Source: Nitrospirales bacterium
Lineage (GTDB): Bacteria > Nitrospirota > Nitrospiria > Nitrospirales > UBA8639
NCBI GenBank assembly: GCA_965223295.1
Contig: CBDCWC010000002.1
Location: 704,001-768,000, forward strand
Direction: 5' to 3'
Length of the DNA stretch: 64,000 bases
Numbering within the stretch: position 1 is the stretch's first letter; each line of letters begins with the position of its first letter. A model generated the notes under the pieces. That model saw only the letters and a program-made list of their open reading frames with translations, had not been told where the DNA came from and searched no databases. Below are positions 41,729 through 52,900 of the stretch, piece after piece. Made by a program: the position numbers and the translations under genes.

Positions 41729-42406
41729 CTAAGCAAGTAGTCCCTTAATCACCTGGACCCAAAGCAATTCTGCTAATCGCTTATAGCCTGCCGTATTCAG
41801 GTGTAACCCATCATTGGAATAGCAGGCGGCAAGAGCCTGTGTCTTGGGTTCGCAAGTTTCTGTAAACCAATCCACTATTGAAATATGTCGCTCTTGACAA
41901 CAGTCTTTAATCAATTGATTCAGAATGACGCGGGCTGCAATAGCTTCTCCAATAACAGGTGGAAGCTCCTCTAATGCGCAATCATCATCTCCAGAAACAT
42001 TCTGCCAAGAGTCGTCTCGCAAAGAAGGCACAGTGATAGCGATGGGCAAAATTTGATGAGTTTGGGCTTGTTCATAAAAAAATCGCAGGTTGTCCAAGAT
42101 TTCATGTGGGGTCATGCCCAAACCTAAGTCATTGGTACCTCCAAGGATAATGACGGCTGTGGGTTTTTGATCTAGTACATCTATCTGAAAACGAGCCCGC
42201 ATGTCCTGTGTGGTCTCTCCACACACGCCCCGAACACATATCCGTCCTCGATCCTCTAACCATTCCTCCAGATACTTGCCATAAGGAATATTTGCGACAA
42301 TTGGAGATTGAAACGTTGGAGATTCCCATCCCAACGTCAAACTATCTCCAAAACACACGATATTGAAGGGAACCCATTGTTCTTTCATAATGTCATAGCT
42401 TGGCAA
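41729..42406 (-). CDS. SGNH/GDSL hydrolase
   Basis: FGDSLT, GVCGETT, GGTND, DGLH. Confidence 0.9.
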   Translation of the reverse strand: MPSYDIMKEQWVPFNIVCFGDSLTLGWESPTFQSPIVANIPYGKYLEEWLEDRGRICVRGVCGETTQDMRARFQIDVLDQKPTAVIILGGTNDLGLGMTPHEILDNLRFFYEQAQTHQILPIAITVPSLRDDSWQNVSGDDDCALEELPPVIGEAIAARVILNQLIKDCCQERHISIVDWFTETCEPKTQALAACYSNDGLHLNTAGYKRLAELLWVQVIKGLLA

Positions 42407-42470
42407 GTCTACGGATCAAGCAAGAAGATTCTATCAAATAACCCCCTTCTATGTGGATGCTATCCCTGGC

Positions 42471-42499
42471 TTGACAGGCTACGATCACCTGGTTACGCT
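42471..42499 (+). promoter_or_regulatory. sigma70-type promoter for skp
   Basis: TTGACA-17 bp-TACGCT. Confidence 0.55.
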
Positions 42500-42580
42500 C
42501 AAGAAGCTAACAAGGTAGTTTCCATTCAAGCGGTCCACTGGACCTATAAAATCTCATCCTTAAATTGTAGAGGGACCTGT

Positions 42581-43159
42581 ATGATGACGATGAAGTTCTG
42601 GAATGTTCACCGATTACATCAACTCGCGATCGTGGCCTTCGTCGCCTGTTGTTCAGTAGTATTCATAAGCCAATCGGCACTCGCGGCATCAAAAGGCTCC
42701 TTCCGAGTTGGCGTGATTGACCCTCAAGCGGTCATTGAAAAATCAAAGGCTGGCAGCCGAGCGCTCGCAGGCCTCAAAGAACATGCCAAAGCCCGCGAAA
42801 CGGTCATGAAAAATGACCAAAAGGAATTAGAAAAACTCCAACAAGAACTTAGTTCAGCTTCCTCATCTCTTGGTGATGCAGAAAAAAAGAGCCGGCAAGA
42901 ACGTTTTGCGCAAAAGTATCAAGAATGGCAAAAACGCGGGCAAGAATTTCAGGCAGAACTTGGACAAAAACAAAAAGACCTTGTCCAGGAATACATGAAG
43001 AAAATTGAAACGGCCACTAGCATTGTTGCGAAACGCCACGGTTTCGATGTCGTGGTCGACAAAGGAAGCGAAAGCACACTGAAAATCGTCCTCTATAATC
43101 GAGATGGCTTAGATCTGACCAATGAAGTCATCAAAGAATTCAATAAACGCTTCAAATAA
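42581..43159 (+). CDS. skp: OmpH/Skp periplasmic chaperone
   Basis: Signal peptide ending ALA; VGVIDPQAVIEKS, coiled coil, DLTNEVIKEFN. Confidence 0.9.
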   Translation: MMTMKFWNVHRLHQLAIVAFVACCSVVFISQSALAASKGSFRVGVIDPQAVIEKSKAGSRALAGLKEHAKARETVMKNDQKELEKLQQELSSASSSLGDAEKKSRQERFAQKYQEWQKRGQEFQAELGQKQKDLVQEYMKKIETATSIVAKRHGFDVVVDKGSESTLKIVLYNRDGLDLTNEVIKEFNKRFK

Positions 43160-43179
43160 CCTAGACAATCTCATAACAA

Positions 43180-43218
43180 AAAAAATCCTCTGCGAGTGTT
43201 ACTCACAGAGGATTTTTT
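43180..43218 (+). terminator. Rho-independent terminator
   Basis: AAAAAATCCTCTGCGAGT-GTT-ACTCACAGAGGATTTTTT hairpin with A/T tracts. Confidence 0.85.
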
Positions 43219-43417
43219 ATTTGGCAATTCCGAAAAAGGTTGTCAGCAAATATTTTGGGAGAGTAAAAGAAACAAAAATGGACCGCCCGAAAGAAGAAAG
43301 TTGGAATAAATCGGTTAGTTTTCTCGAAGAATGAAAAGGATTCTTTGGAGAACATCTTTAGAACCTCGCCTATCTCTATAGACACCCTATAGAACAAGGC
43401 TACACACTAGATAAAGC

Positions 43418-43463
43418 TTGTCGAGTTGCCTTGTTCATACTATAATAATCTAGACAATCTAGA
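43418..43463 (+). promoter_or_regulatory. Promoter and operator of the phd-vapC operon
   Basis: TTGTCG-17 bp-TATAAT, then tandem palindromes TCTAGA-CAA-TCTAGA (43449-43463). Confidence 0.6.
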
Positions 43464-43482
43464 TATATATATGGAGGTAGGC

Positions 43483-43725
43483 ATGGAATGGAAACTTGCT
43501 GAAGCTAAAAACCGATTTAGTGAACTGGTGAATAAGGCGCTTTTAGAAGGCCCTCAACTGGTATCCCGCCGTGAGGACAGAGTGGTTGTGATCTCTGAAA
43601 ATGACTACCAGCATCTGACGGGCGAAAAGCCCAACTTTATTGAATTCTTGCTGAAAGAAAACATAGACCTAGAAGGGGTGGACTTCAAGCGAGATCGATC
43701 CCTATCCAGGACGACTGAGCTATGA
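43483..43725 (+). CDS. Phd/YefM-family antitoxin
   Basis: MEWKLAEAKNRFSELVNKALLEGPQLVSRR; GGAGG RBS. Confidence 0.9.
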   Translation: MEWKLAEAKNRFSELVNKALLEGPQLVSRREDRVVVISENDYQHLTGEKPNFIEFLLKENIDLEGVDFKRDRSLSRTTEL

Positions 43726-44138
43726 GGGTCTTGCTTGATACATGCGTGGTCTCAGAACTATGGCGCACAGGCAGCTCTGAAAAGGTTCGCAAGCGTGTTT
43801 CGATGTTGAATCCCGAGGACAGCTATTTATCTGTCCTGACGGTTGGTGAGATTACCAAAGGTATTCACCTTCTCAATGAAAGTAAAAAAAAGCGCGAACT
43901 ACGAAATAAACTGACTTTCCTAGAAACTGAATACCAGCAGAATATTCTGAATATCGATATTGAAATCATTAAACTATGGGGGGGACTCCTGGTCGCCTCA
44001 CAAAAGAAAGGAAAACCGCTGCCCGTGAGTGATGGCCTCATCGCTGCAACAGCCACCCGCCATGGCCTCCATATCATGACGCGCAATATTTCTGATTTTG
44101 AAGGAACGGGCGCGCTGCTAATTAATCCGTGGGAATAA
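43722..44138 (+). CDS. vapC: VapC PIN-domain toxin
   Basis: LLDTCVVSE, SVLTVGEI, DGLIAATA, TRNISDF, INPW; ATGA overlap with the antitoxin. Confidence 0.92.
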   Translation: MRVLLDTCVVSELWRTGSSEKVRKRVSMLNPEDSYLSVLTVGEITKGIHLLNESKKKRELRNKLTFLETEYQQNILNIDIEIIKLWGGLLVASQKKGKPLPVSDGLIAATATRHGLHIMTRNISDFEGTGALLINPWE

Positions 44139-44337
44139 CCCTCATCCTAGTTATATTACATCTCTGTTTATTGAATAGAAATGATTGCTCCCCGCTTAAA
44201 ATTTGAGTAGATCTTTCAAGCCGCTCAAACGTTGTTATCCGACAGCTTTTTATGAAGAATATGGAGGATGGTTAGCATGAAATGGCCTTCCACGAAGGTA
44301 GGAATTTATTCCTTTATTTTTGAACAGTGACAGAACT

Positions 44338-44414
44338 TGGCGCGCCCGGCAGGATTCGAACCTGCGGCCACCGGCTTAGAAGGCCGATGCTCTATCCAGC
44401 TGAGCTACGGGCGC
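44338..44414 (-). tRNA. tRNA-Arg(TCT)
   Basis: GCGCCCGTAGCTCAGCTGGATAGAGCATCGGCCTTCTAAGCCGGTGGCCGCAGGTTCGAATCCTGCCGGGCGCGCCA, 77 nt with encoded CCA. Confidence 0.97.
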
Positions 44415-44509
44415 TTGCTACGAAAATCGCACAGTGAGGATACTTCCGTCAAACGACCATAGACGGTTGTGTGCTCAAAACAACCCTCTCATTGCCCGTC
44501 CAATCCTGC

Positions 44510-44836
44510 CTATTTTACAACTCTGAGTCCTGTTGGCTTTTTGGGTGGAATAGTATCTCCATTCCCCGATGAAGGGCCTTGGATTTGAATACGAAAACCT
44601 GCAGGGGATGTTTCTGCCGACAGATCGGTAACCGGCTGCTGACTAAAGGTCAGGGCAAGGCAAAACTCAAGTATCGTGAGCTCTTTTACTGTAAGAGAAG
44701 TAGGGTCAGATCCATAGGCCCACGCCAAGTTTTTACAAAGATCTTCATCCAATTCGATGACGCTTGTTTCACTGCCCATAACCGTTCCCGAGAAGATAAA
44801 CAAGCCCAATGCTGTAATAACGAATACGATTTTCAT
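44510..44836 (-). CDS. hypothetical secreted protein
   Basis: GGAGG RBS; signal peptide; Cys pair; ends DTIPPKKPTGLRVVK. Confidence 0.6.
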   Translation of the reverse strand: MKIVFVITALGLFIFSGTVMGSETSVIELDEDLCKNLAWAYGSDPTSLTVKELTILEFCLALTFSQQPVTDLSAETSPAGFRIQIQGPSSGNGDTIPPKKPTGLRVVK

Positions 44837-45077
44837 AATTGACCTCCGCATTGAAATTGCAATGGTATAAAAAGGTCATTACTCTTCAATACCCAAGCAT
44901 ACCAAAATTGTATAATAAAAGGAACAATGCGCGACATAGAAGTCTACAGATTCTGTTTAGACACCTCACACTTCATCTGATTCCTCTATTCCTACCATTG
45001 CATGATCTTGGCGTGCCCCCTTTAAACGGCTCCGAGGCCTATGTTACAGGCTAGGGCATATAAAAAAGGAGGGTATC

Positions 45078-45356
45078 ATGGCACGTGTGAAGTACTCGGT
45101 TGAACAAATCATTCACAAACTGCGGGAAGCGGAGGTCCTGTTGGGGCAAGGGCAGACCGTCAAAGACATTTGTCGGAAGTGGAATATCACCGATCCCACC
45201 TACTATCGGTGGCGGCAGGAATATGGTGGACTGAAACTTGATCAGGCGAAACGACTCAAAGACTTGGAGCGCGAGAATGCCCGCTTGAAGCGAGCCGTGG
45301 CAGATCTCACCCTGGATAAATTGATTCTGAAGGAAGCAGCTGAGGGAAACTTCTAA
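45078..45356 (+). CDS. IS3 transposase OrfA
   Basis: [14 protein letters not shown]...[11 protein letters not shown]...[10 protein letters not shown]. Confidence 0.9.
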   Translation: MARVKYSVEQIIHKLREAEVLLGQGQTVKDICRKWNITDPTYYRWRQEYGGLKLDQAKRLKDLERENARLKRAVADLTLDKLILKEAAEGNF

Positions 45357-45406
45357 GCCCCACCCGACGCCGCCGAGCCGTTCACACCATTGGGCAACGA
45401 CTGAGG

Positions 45407-46189
45407 GTGGCGGAACGGCGGACGTGCCAGGTGCTGGGGCAACCTCGATCGACACAGCGGTATCAGGCTCAGGTCCGAGGGGACGAAGAAGCGTTAACTA
45501 AAACGATTGTGCGGCTGGCTCGAAAGTATGGGCGCTATGGCTACCGACGCATCACCGCGTTGGTTCGAGTCGAGGGCTGGCACGTGAATCATAAACGCGT
45601 GGAACGGATTTGGCGGCGGGAAGGCTTAAAAGTGCCGAAGAAGCAACCCAAACGGGGGCGACTCTGGATCAACAAGGACTCCTGTGTGCGGCTCCAGCCT
45701 CAACATCCAAATCATGTCTGGGCCTACGATTTTGTGGCCACGCGGACCCATGATGGTCGCCCGGTACGCTTGCTGACCATTGTCGATGAATATACCCGAG
45801 AATGTTTGGCTATTGAGGTCGCTCGGCATCTTCGAGCCGATGATGTGCTACATCGGCTGGCTGAGCTGTTTCTGCAGCACGGTTGTCCGGGATATATTCG
45901 TTCGGATAACGGCCCAGAATTTACCGCGAAGGCTGTTCGACAATGGCTCGCCCAGCTAGGGGTCGGCACCTTGTTTATCGAACCAGGCAGCCCCTGGGAG
46001 AATGGCTATAATGAGAGTTTGAATGGCAAACTGCGGGATGAGCTCTTGAACGGGGAAATCTTCTATACGCTCCGGGAAGCGCAAGTGCTCATCGAATGGT
46101 GGCGGCAACACTATAAGCAGGTGCGTCCCCATAGCGCTTTAGGATACAAACCACCAACCCCTGAGGCATTAATTCCAAAATGCGCTTAA
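45407..46189 (+). CDS. IS3 transposase OrfB (DDE), probably joined to OrfA by -1 frameshift
   Basis: [30 protein letters not shown]. Confidence 0.9.
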   Translation: MAERRTCQVLGQPRSTQRYQAQVRGDEEALTKTIVRLARKYGRYGYRRITALVRVEGWHVNHKRVERIWRREGLKVPKKQPKRGRLWINKDSCVRLQPQHPNHVWAYDFVATRTHDGRPVRLLTIVDEYTRECLAIEVARHLRADDVLHRLAELFLQHGCPGYIRSDNGPEFTAKAVRQWLAQLGVGTLFIEPGSPWENGYNESLNGKLRDELLNGEIFYTLREAQVLIEWWRQHYKQVRPHSALGYKPPTPEALIPKCA

Positions 46190-46906
46190 AGCTGCATGCA
46201 CACTGGAACAATCACTGGGGGCACGTCAGAGCCATAACAACAAAATACAGACAGCCTCTCATGTAATGAGGGCCTTCGACTGTCTTGTTCACTTTCCGTG
46301 CATTTTTTTGAGATTGAAAATGATTTTTTAGTTCATTTGGAGGAAAAAGGAGCCCTAACCAGTTTGACAATGAAATACTTCTAAACTTGCTACAAGGCGT
46401 TTTGTTGTGAGAGAGATAGACTTTCTACCCCATTTGAGGGGCTGAAAGCTTGTTTTCTAGCCCATCATTGACTTTATAGAGCAGAAATGAGGGGAATAAA
46501 AGAGTAGGCACAATACCATCTATTGAACCACTTTGGACGCGTCACTCTTAGCAAAGCAGCAATTCTCTATAGGCCCAGAGCCGCATCAGCCTTTTCTCGC
46601 AAGTTTCCACATTGGATTTAGATGCTTTTGTATTAGTAGTATTACTATACTTTCAATTCTTCGAATGCCCTTCTTAAAAATGCTTGTTATACGGTCTTGA
46701 CAAAAAGACTACTTCTATTAGTTTACTATTTGGAACTGCAAAACAAAGTGCGGTTTGTCAAAAAGTATGAAGAGTATTTCTGCTTAAGGAAGTATAAGTG
46801 GGCGTACTTGTGTACTTATGATCTTAAGTGAGGAAAAACTCAAAAATCTATGTAGATAAATTTGTATTTGCCAGTGAACGACTTGGTCAAAATGCCATAG
46901 AATACC

Positions 46907-49900
46907 ATGCTGATATCCCCCAGTTATCAAAACACGAATCAGACGCTGATTGATATTCTTTCGTGGATAGCAGAAAACCATCCAGAGAAACCGGCCTATG
47001 TCTTTTTAAAAGACGGAAAAACTGAAAATGCAAGATGTACCTACTCAGAATTGTCTTACCAAGCGCAAGCAGTTGGTGCAGGGCTTCGAAACCGTTGTAA
47101 ACGTGGAGATCGAGTTCTTCTCCTGTTCCCCCCTGGTTTAGATTTTATTCGAGCATTATTTGGCTGTTTCTACGCAGGTGTCATTGCCATTCCTACTCCG
47201 TATCCTGAACGACATTTCCCGGCTCTCTATTCAAGAATTCAAACCATCACCAAAGATGCCCAAGCATCCTTGAATCTGACAACATCGGCCCTTTGCAACT
47301 CCGAAAACAAGAGGGATCTATTGTCAGGCGATGGGCCAACTCTTCCTTGCCTAGCGCTCAATGATCTTATGCTTTCAGAATCCAATATGGATGCAGGGGC
47401 AACCATTCATGCACAAGACCTTGCCTACCTGCAGTACACCTCTGGCTCCACATCCTTACCCAAAGGCGTCAAGGTTTCACATGATAATGTCATGTCCCAA
47501 TGCGCGGACCTCTGCTTAGCCGGCAGATGTGATACCGATTCTGTTCTGGTGAATTGGATGCCTCATTTCCATGATTTTGGTTTGGTCCAAGGTCTTCTTG
47601 TGCCACTATTTGCTGGAATCCCTGCGTATATTATGTCTCCCCTCACATTCTTAAAACGTCCGATGAATTGGCTAGAAGCCATGTCTCGTTTAGGCGGGAC
47701 ACATAGCGGCGGACCAAATTTCGCTTACGAACATTGTGTTCAAAAAACTACGGAAACCGAACGGACCACTCTCGACCTCCAACGTTGGCAGGTAGCTAGC
47801 TGTGGATCTGAACCAATCCAAAGAGAAACAATCCAGAATTTCATTCACGCATTTGAACCATGCGGTTTCAAAGCCAATGCCCTCCGCCCAGGCTATGGTC
47901 TGGCAGAGTTTACCCTCATGGCATCGGGCAAACCTCAGATCGAACCTCTCCGCTGGGAAATAGTGAACAGGGATGCGTTAGAACGTCATGAAGTTCTTTC
48001 TGCTTCGGAGAATGAGATGGACTCCACACGCACACTCCTTGGCTGTGGAAATGTTGGAGCGAAGACTCAAATCGCAGTTGTCGATCCGAATCACTTGCAG
48101 AAATGTGGGCCTCATCAAATAGGAGAAATCTGGTTAGCCGGCCCCAGTGTTGCCCAGGGCTATTGGAATCGTCCAAAGGAGACTCAAGATACATTTAAGG
48201 CTTACCTTGCTGACACTGGGGAAGGCCCTTTTCTCCGCACTGGCGATCTTGGCTTCCTCAAGGATGGGGAACTCTTTATCACGGGACGGATCAAAGATCT
48301 GATTATTTCCCGTGGAAGGAACTACTACCCGCACGATATTGAACAGACGATTGATGCCAACCATCAAAGTCTAGGGAAAGGAAAGGTTGCGGCAGTTTCC
48401 AGCGATCGTGAAGGTGAAGAACGATTGATTGTCTTGAAAGAAGTCGCCCGTTCGTTGGAACAGTCCGAAATTGAAAAAACCGCCGGACTTATTCGACAAA
48501 CGGTCATCGACCATCACGATATCCAGCCTTATGCCGTGCTGTTTATGAAGTCAGGGAGTCTCCCATTGACGACAAGTGGCAAAATACAACGATATGCCTG
48601 CCGGTTAGCTTATGAAGCTGGAGACCTACCGGTACTTGGTTCTAGTGTCATAAACCTCTCTTCGACGTCAGACTTCGAGCAGGACACAAAAATTGCCTAC
48701 AACACGATTCAACAAAGCCCTGCAGGTCATGAACGCCAGAAAGCGTTGGAAGACTATCTTTGCCAACAACTCTCACAAAAACTGAGCCAGAGCCCTCAAC
48801 ACATAAAGCCAACCAATACATTGAGTTCTCTAGGCCTAGACTCTCTCATGGCAATAGAGCTTCGTAATCACATTGAATTTAACCTCAGGATCGACCTTCC
48901 CTTAAGTAAAATTTTTGAAGCATCATGTATCACAGACTTAGCCAAGACTATCGAGCAGCGACTCACACCCACGACTGATGCTCATCAAAAACGATTGTTA
49001 ACAGTTTCTCGAGATCGTTCGCTTCCCGCATCTTTTGCTCAGGAAGGATTTTGGGTCCTCAATAGATTCAATCCAGGAGACCCATCACATCATATTTGCC
49101 TTCAGTTTACACTAACCGGTTCTCTCAATCAGAAATTGCTAGCCGAGGCCTTCAATCACATCATTGAACGTCATGAGTCCTTGCGAACAACTTTCAAATC
49201 TCTCGACAACCAAGTAGTGCAGGTCGTTGCCCCCAGCCTCACACTCCCCGTTTCCATGATAGATCTTCGCCAACTGCCAAAAATTCAGCGACACAAACGA
49301 GTGAAAGAAAAAATCCACGAAGAAAATTTACGACCTTTTGATTTAGAAAAAGGCCCTCTAGTAAGAATGTCTTTGATACAAACTACTAGCACAGAACATG
49401 TGCTCCTTCTATCTTTCCACCACATTATTTCTGACTGGCACTCAATTGATCTATTTCTTAAAGAATTATCCGGCATCTATTTCAGCTTATTGAACGGCGA
49501 GCAACCTAGACTTTCCCCGTTGCCTATTCAGTATGCAGACTATGCCCTCTGGCAACGCGAGCGACTTCAGGGAAAAGAAAGTGAACGACTTCTGGATTAT
49601 TGGAGAAAAACCTTACAAGGCGCTCCAACAACAATTGATTTCCCTGATCGATCCATTGCTTTAAGAGAGCCGGCAGCACATCGCACGGCGGGACAATTCT
49701 CGCTTTCTCATGCCCAAATCAAAGCGCTCAAGGATTTGAGCCATCAAGAAGGGACAACGGTCTTTATGACGCTGGTTGCAGCATTTTTCGTGTTGCTGTT
49801 CCGCTATACACATCAAACCGATCTCGTGATAGGCACACCAGCAACGAACCGGATCAAACAGGAACTGGATGGCCTAATCGGCATGTTTATTAATCCACTC

Positions 49901-52900
49901 GTCCTACGAGCCAATATGACCGGCAATCCAACATTTCGAGAGTTTCTTCAACAAGTCAAACATGTCACACTAAAAGCCTACGATCATCAGGCATATCCAT
50001 TTGAACTTCTCGTGAAAGAACTGAAACCGATTAGAGACAAAAATCAGAACCCGTTGTTTCAAGTGCTCTTTGATTTTCAGTCTTCAAATGGCTTAGACCT
50101 AGATTTGTCTGGAGTTGATTCAAAATTACAGGCCTATGACCCCCCGAATACTCAATTTGATCTGACCATATCCTTACTTGAGGAACCTGATAGTCTAGAG
50201 GGCCGTGTTGACTACAACACAGAATTATTCGACTCAGGATTTGTTGAGCATATGGCCGAAAGTTTTCCAATCTTGGTGAATTCCGCCTTAGCACAACCTG
50301 ACCAATCCATTGCCAATCTAACCATCATGTCCAACTCGGAAGAAGATCAGCTACTCAACCTATGGAGTGGAGCTGCCGATCTTGATTTTCACAAATCCGA
50401 TTCTTGTATCCATGAATTGTTTGAATCTCAAGTTATCCAAACTCCTGATGCTATTGCCGTTGTCTACCAAGATGAGCAATTGACCTACCGAGAACTGAAT
50501 GATCGTGCAACTAGACTAGCCCACCACCTACGCAGCTTGGGAGTTTACCCGGATACCTTGGTAGGACTTTGTATGCCGAAAGGGCCAGATCTAGTTATAT
50601 CGATCTTGGGAATTCTCAAGGCTAGTGGGGCATATGTTCCTCTGGATCCAAACTATCCAAATGATCGATTGCGTTTTATCCTTAAAGATACCCAGATATC
50701 TATCGTTCTCAGCCAATCATCAATCCCACAAGAAAAATTCTCGTCAGTTAATCATGTCGTTCTCATCGATCAAGACCAGGGAAAAATTGCACGATATCCA
50801 AAGACAAACCTGCCGAAGGTAACGTCGTCGGAGAATTTTGCGTACATGTTGTACACATCAGGATCTACTGGCATGCCCAAAGGAGTCGTAGGGACCCATA
50901 AAGGACTAGTCAATGCATACCCGGCATGGGAACAAGCCTATAGGCTCCAAACTGTGCGAAATCACCTCCAACTAGCTAATGTCGTCTTTGACGTATTCCT
51001 AGAGGACCTCTTACGAGCCTTGTGTTCAGGAGGAAAATTGGTGATCTGTCCCGAAGACCTTGCCACATCACCTCAGCTCTTAGATTTAATGAGGCGGGAA
51101 GCTATTGATGTCATCGAGATGGTCCCTGCTACGATGAGAGTTATTGTGCAATATCTGGAAGAACGTCGGCAGAAGCTTGATCAAATCAAGCTCTTAATCA
51201 TTGGAGCTGATCGTTGGAATATTGCTGAACTACCGCGCTTACGAAAACTCTGTAGTCCCGAGACGCGAATCATCAATTCCTATGGTGTCACAGAATCCAC
51301 AGTCGACAGTACATATTTTGAAGATACAGAATATGAGTTGGAAGGATCCCGCGCAGTTCCCATTGGAAGACCCATGCACAACACTCTTATCTATATCCTA
51401 GATGAGCAATTGCGACCCGTTCCCCCGTATGTCATTGGAGAGTTGTATATTGGTGGTTCGGGAGTAGCGAGAGGGTATTGGAATAGACCAGAACTGACCA
51501 AAGAACGGTTCGTCTCCAATCCATTTCATCCCCGGTGTGGGAATAGTTTATATAAAACTGGTGACCGTGCAAGATTTCTAGGAGATGGCACGATAGAATT
51601 TCTCGGACGTCAAGATTACCAGGTCAAAATCAACGGACTTCGGATTGAGCTAGGCGAAATCGAACATGCATTAAGTCAGCATACAGAGGTGAAAGAAAAC
51701 GTAGCGGTTGTCGGAAAAGATCACTTGGAGCATAAAGTTTTAACCGTCTATGTTGTGGCAAAGGACAGTGCCCACCCACCTACTTCTCAAAATCTTCGTG
51801 AATTTCTTGTAGAGCAACTCCCCAGACCTATGATTCCCACGACTTTTGTGTTCCTTGCTAGTCTTCCCTCGACTCCTTCTGGAAAGATCAACCGTCAAGC
51901 CCTGCCACAACCTGAAGCAGTTGCGCCTTTGAACCAAGTGGAGTATCAGGCCCCAAGAACAGAATTGGAGCGCCAACTCGTACAAATTTGGGAGGATGTT
52001 CTTCAAAAGTCTCCCATCGGCATTCGGGAAGACTTCTTTGATATTGGTGGGTATTCGTTACTGGCAGTCAGCATATTCCAGCAAATTGAAAAATTGACGG
52101 GACAGACCCTTCCCCTTTCTATACTCTTTCAAGCTTCTACCATTGAGAAACTCGCTGAAGCCATAGGAAATAATGTAAAGCAGCCCTCATTACAGGCTCT
52201 TGTTCCCATTCAAACCACTGGTACGCACCCTCCTCTGTTTATCGTTCACGCCATAGGGGGCAATGTTTTAACATTTGCACCACTGCCCAAGCTCCTCGGG
52301 AAGGACCAACCAATATATGGTCTGCAATCAATTGGTTTAGATGGTCAAGAGAGACCGATCAATAAGATAGAGGAGATGGCTGCGCGTTATATTCAAGAAG
52401 TTCAAATCATTCAACCTCGCGGTCCATATTTTTTGGCGGGAGCATGTATGGGAGGAGTGGTCGCATATGAAATGGCCCAACAATTTCACGCGCATGGGCA
52501 AACCGTGGCCTTCCTTGGACTCGTGGAAAGCTGGTTGCCTGACCTCTTCGATGAACCTGAAACATGGGACTTTGCAATGGGTCCGCGAGTGAATTATCTG
52601 GTCAGGGGGTTACAAGCCCAAAAGGAAATTCTCAAAAATTTATCCGGGAAAGATTGGTTGGCCTTTGGACGGAAAAAACTGAAAGTCATCGCTCAAATGG
52701 CCAGCAACATGGATGTGTACAAGAGAAAAACTGACCAGCAACGTGATTTTGTGTCTCATGCCAATCAGCAGGCGCTCTCAACCTATGTTCCGAAACCCTA
52801 TTCTGGAAGGATTAGCTATTTTCTGGCAGCGAAACGCTCTATCCCAATCAAAAAGGATCCTCGACTCAAATGGAATAACTATGCTCGAGGAGGCTTTAAG

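Larger units (their letters stand above)
45009..46228 (+). mobile_element. IS3-family insertion sequence (IS407-like), 1220 bp
   Basis: Ends TGGCGTGCCCCC / GGGGGCACGTCA (TG...CA); orfA-orfB junction GGGAAACTTCTAA. Confidence 0.92.

Noticed and set aside
42308-42580. Long N-terminal extension of skp
   Set aside because: Overlaps the divergent GDSL gene and the promoter; the signal peptide starts at about 42581
45009-45020. TGGCGTGCCC as an att duplication of the tRNA-Arg 3' end (TGGCGCGCCC)
   Set aside because: Fully explained as the IS3 left inverted repeat; short chance similarity
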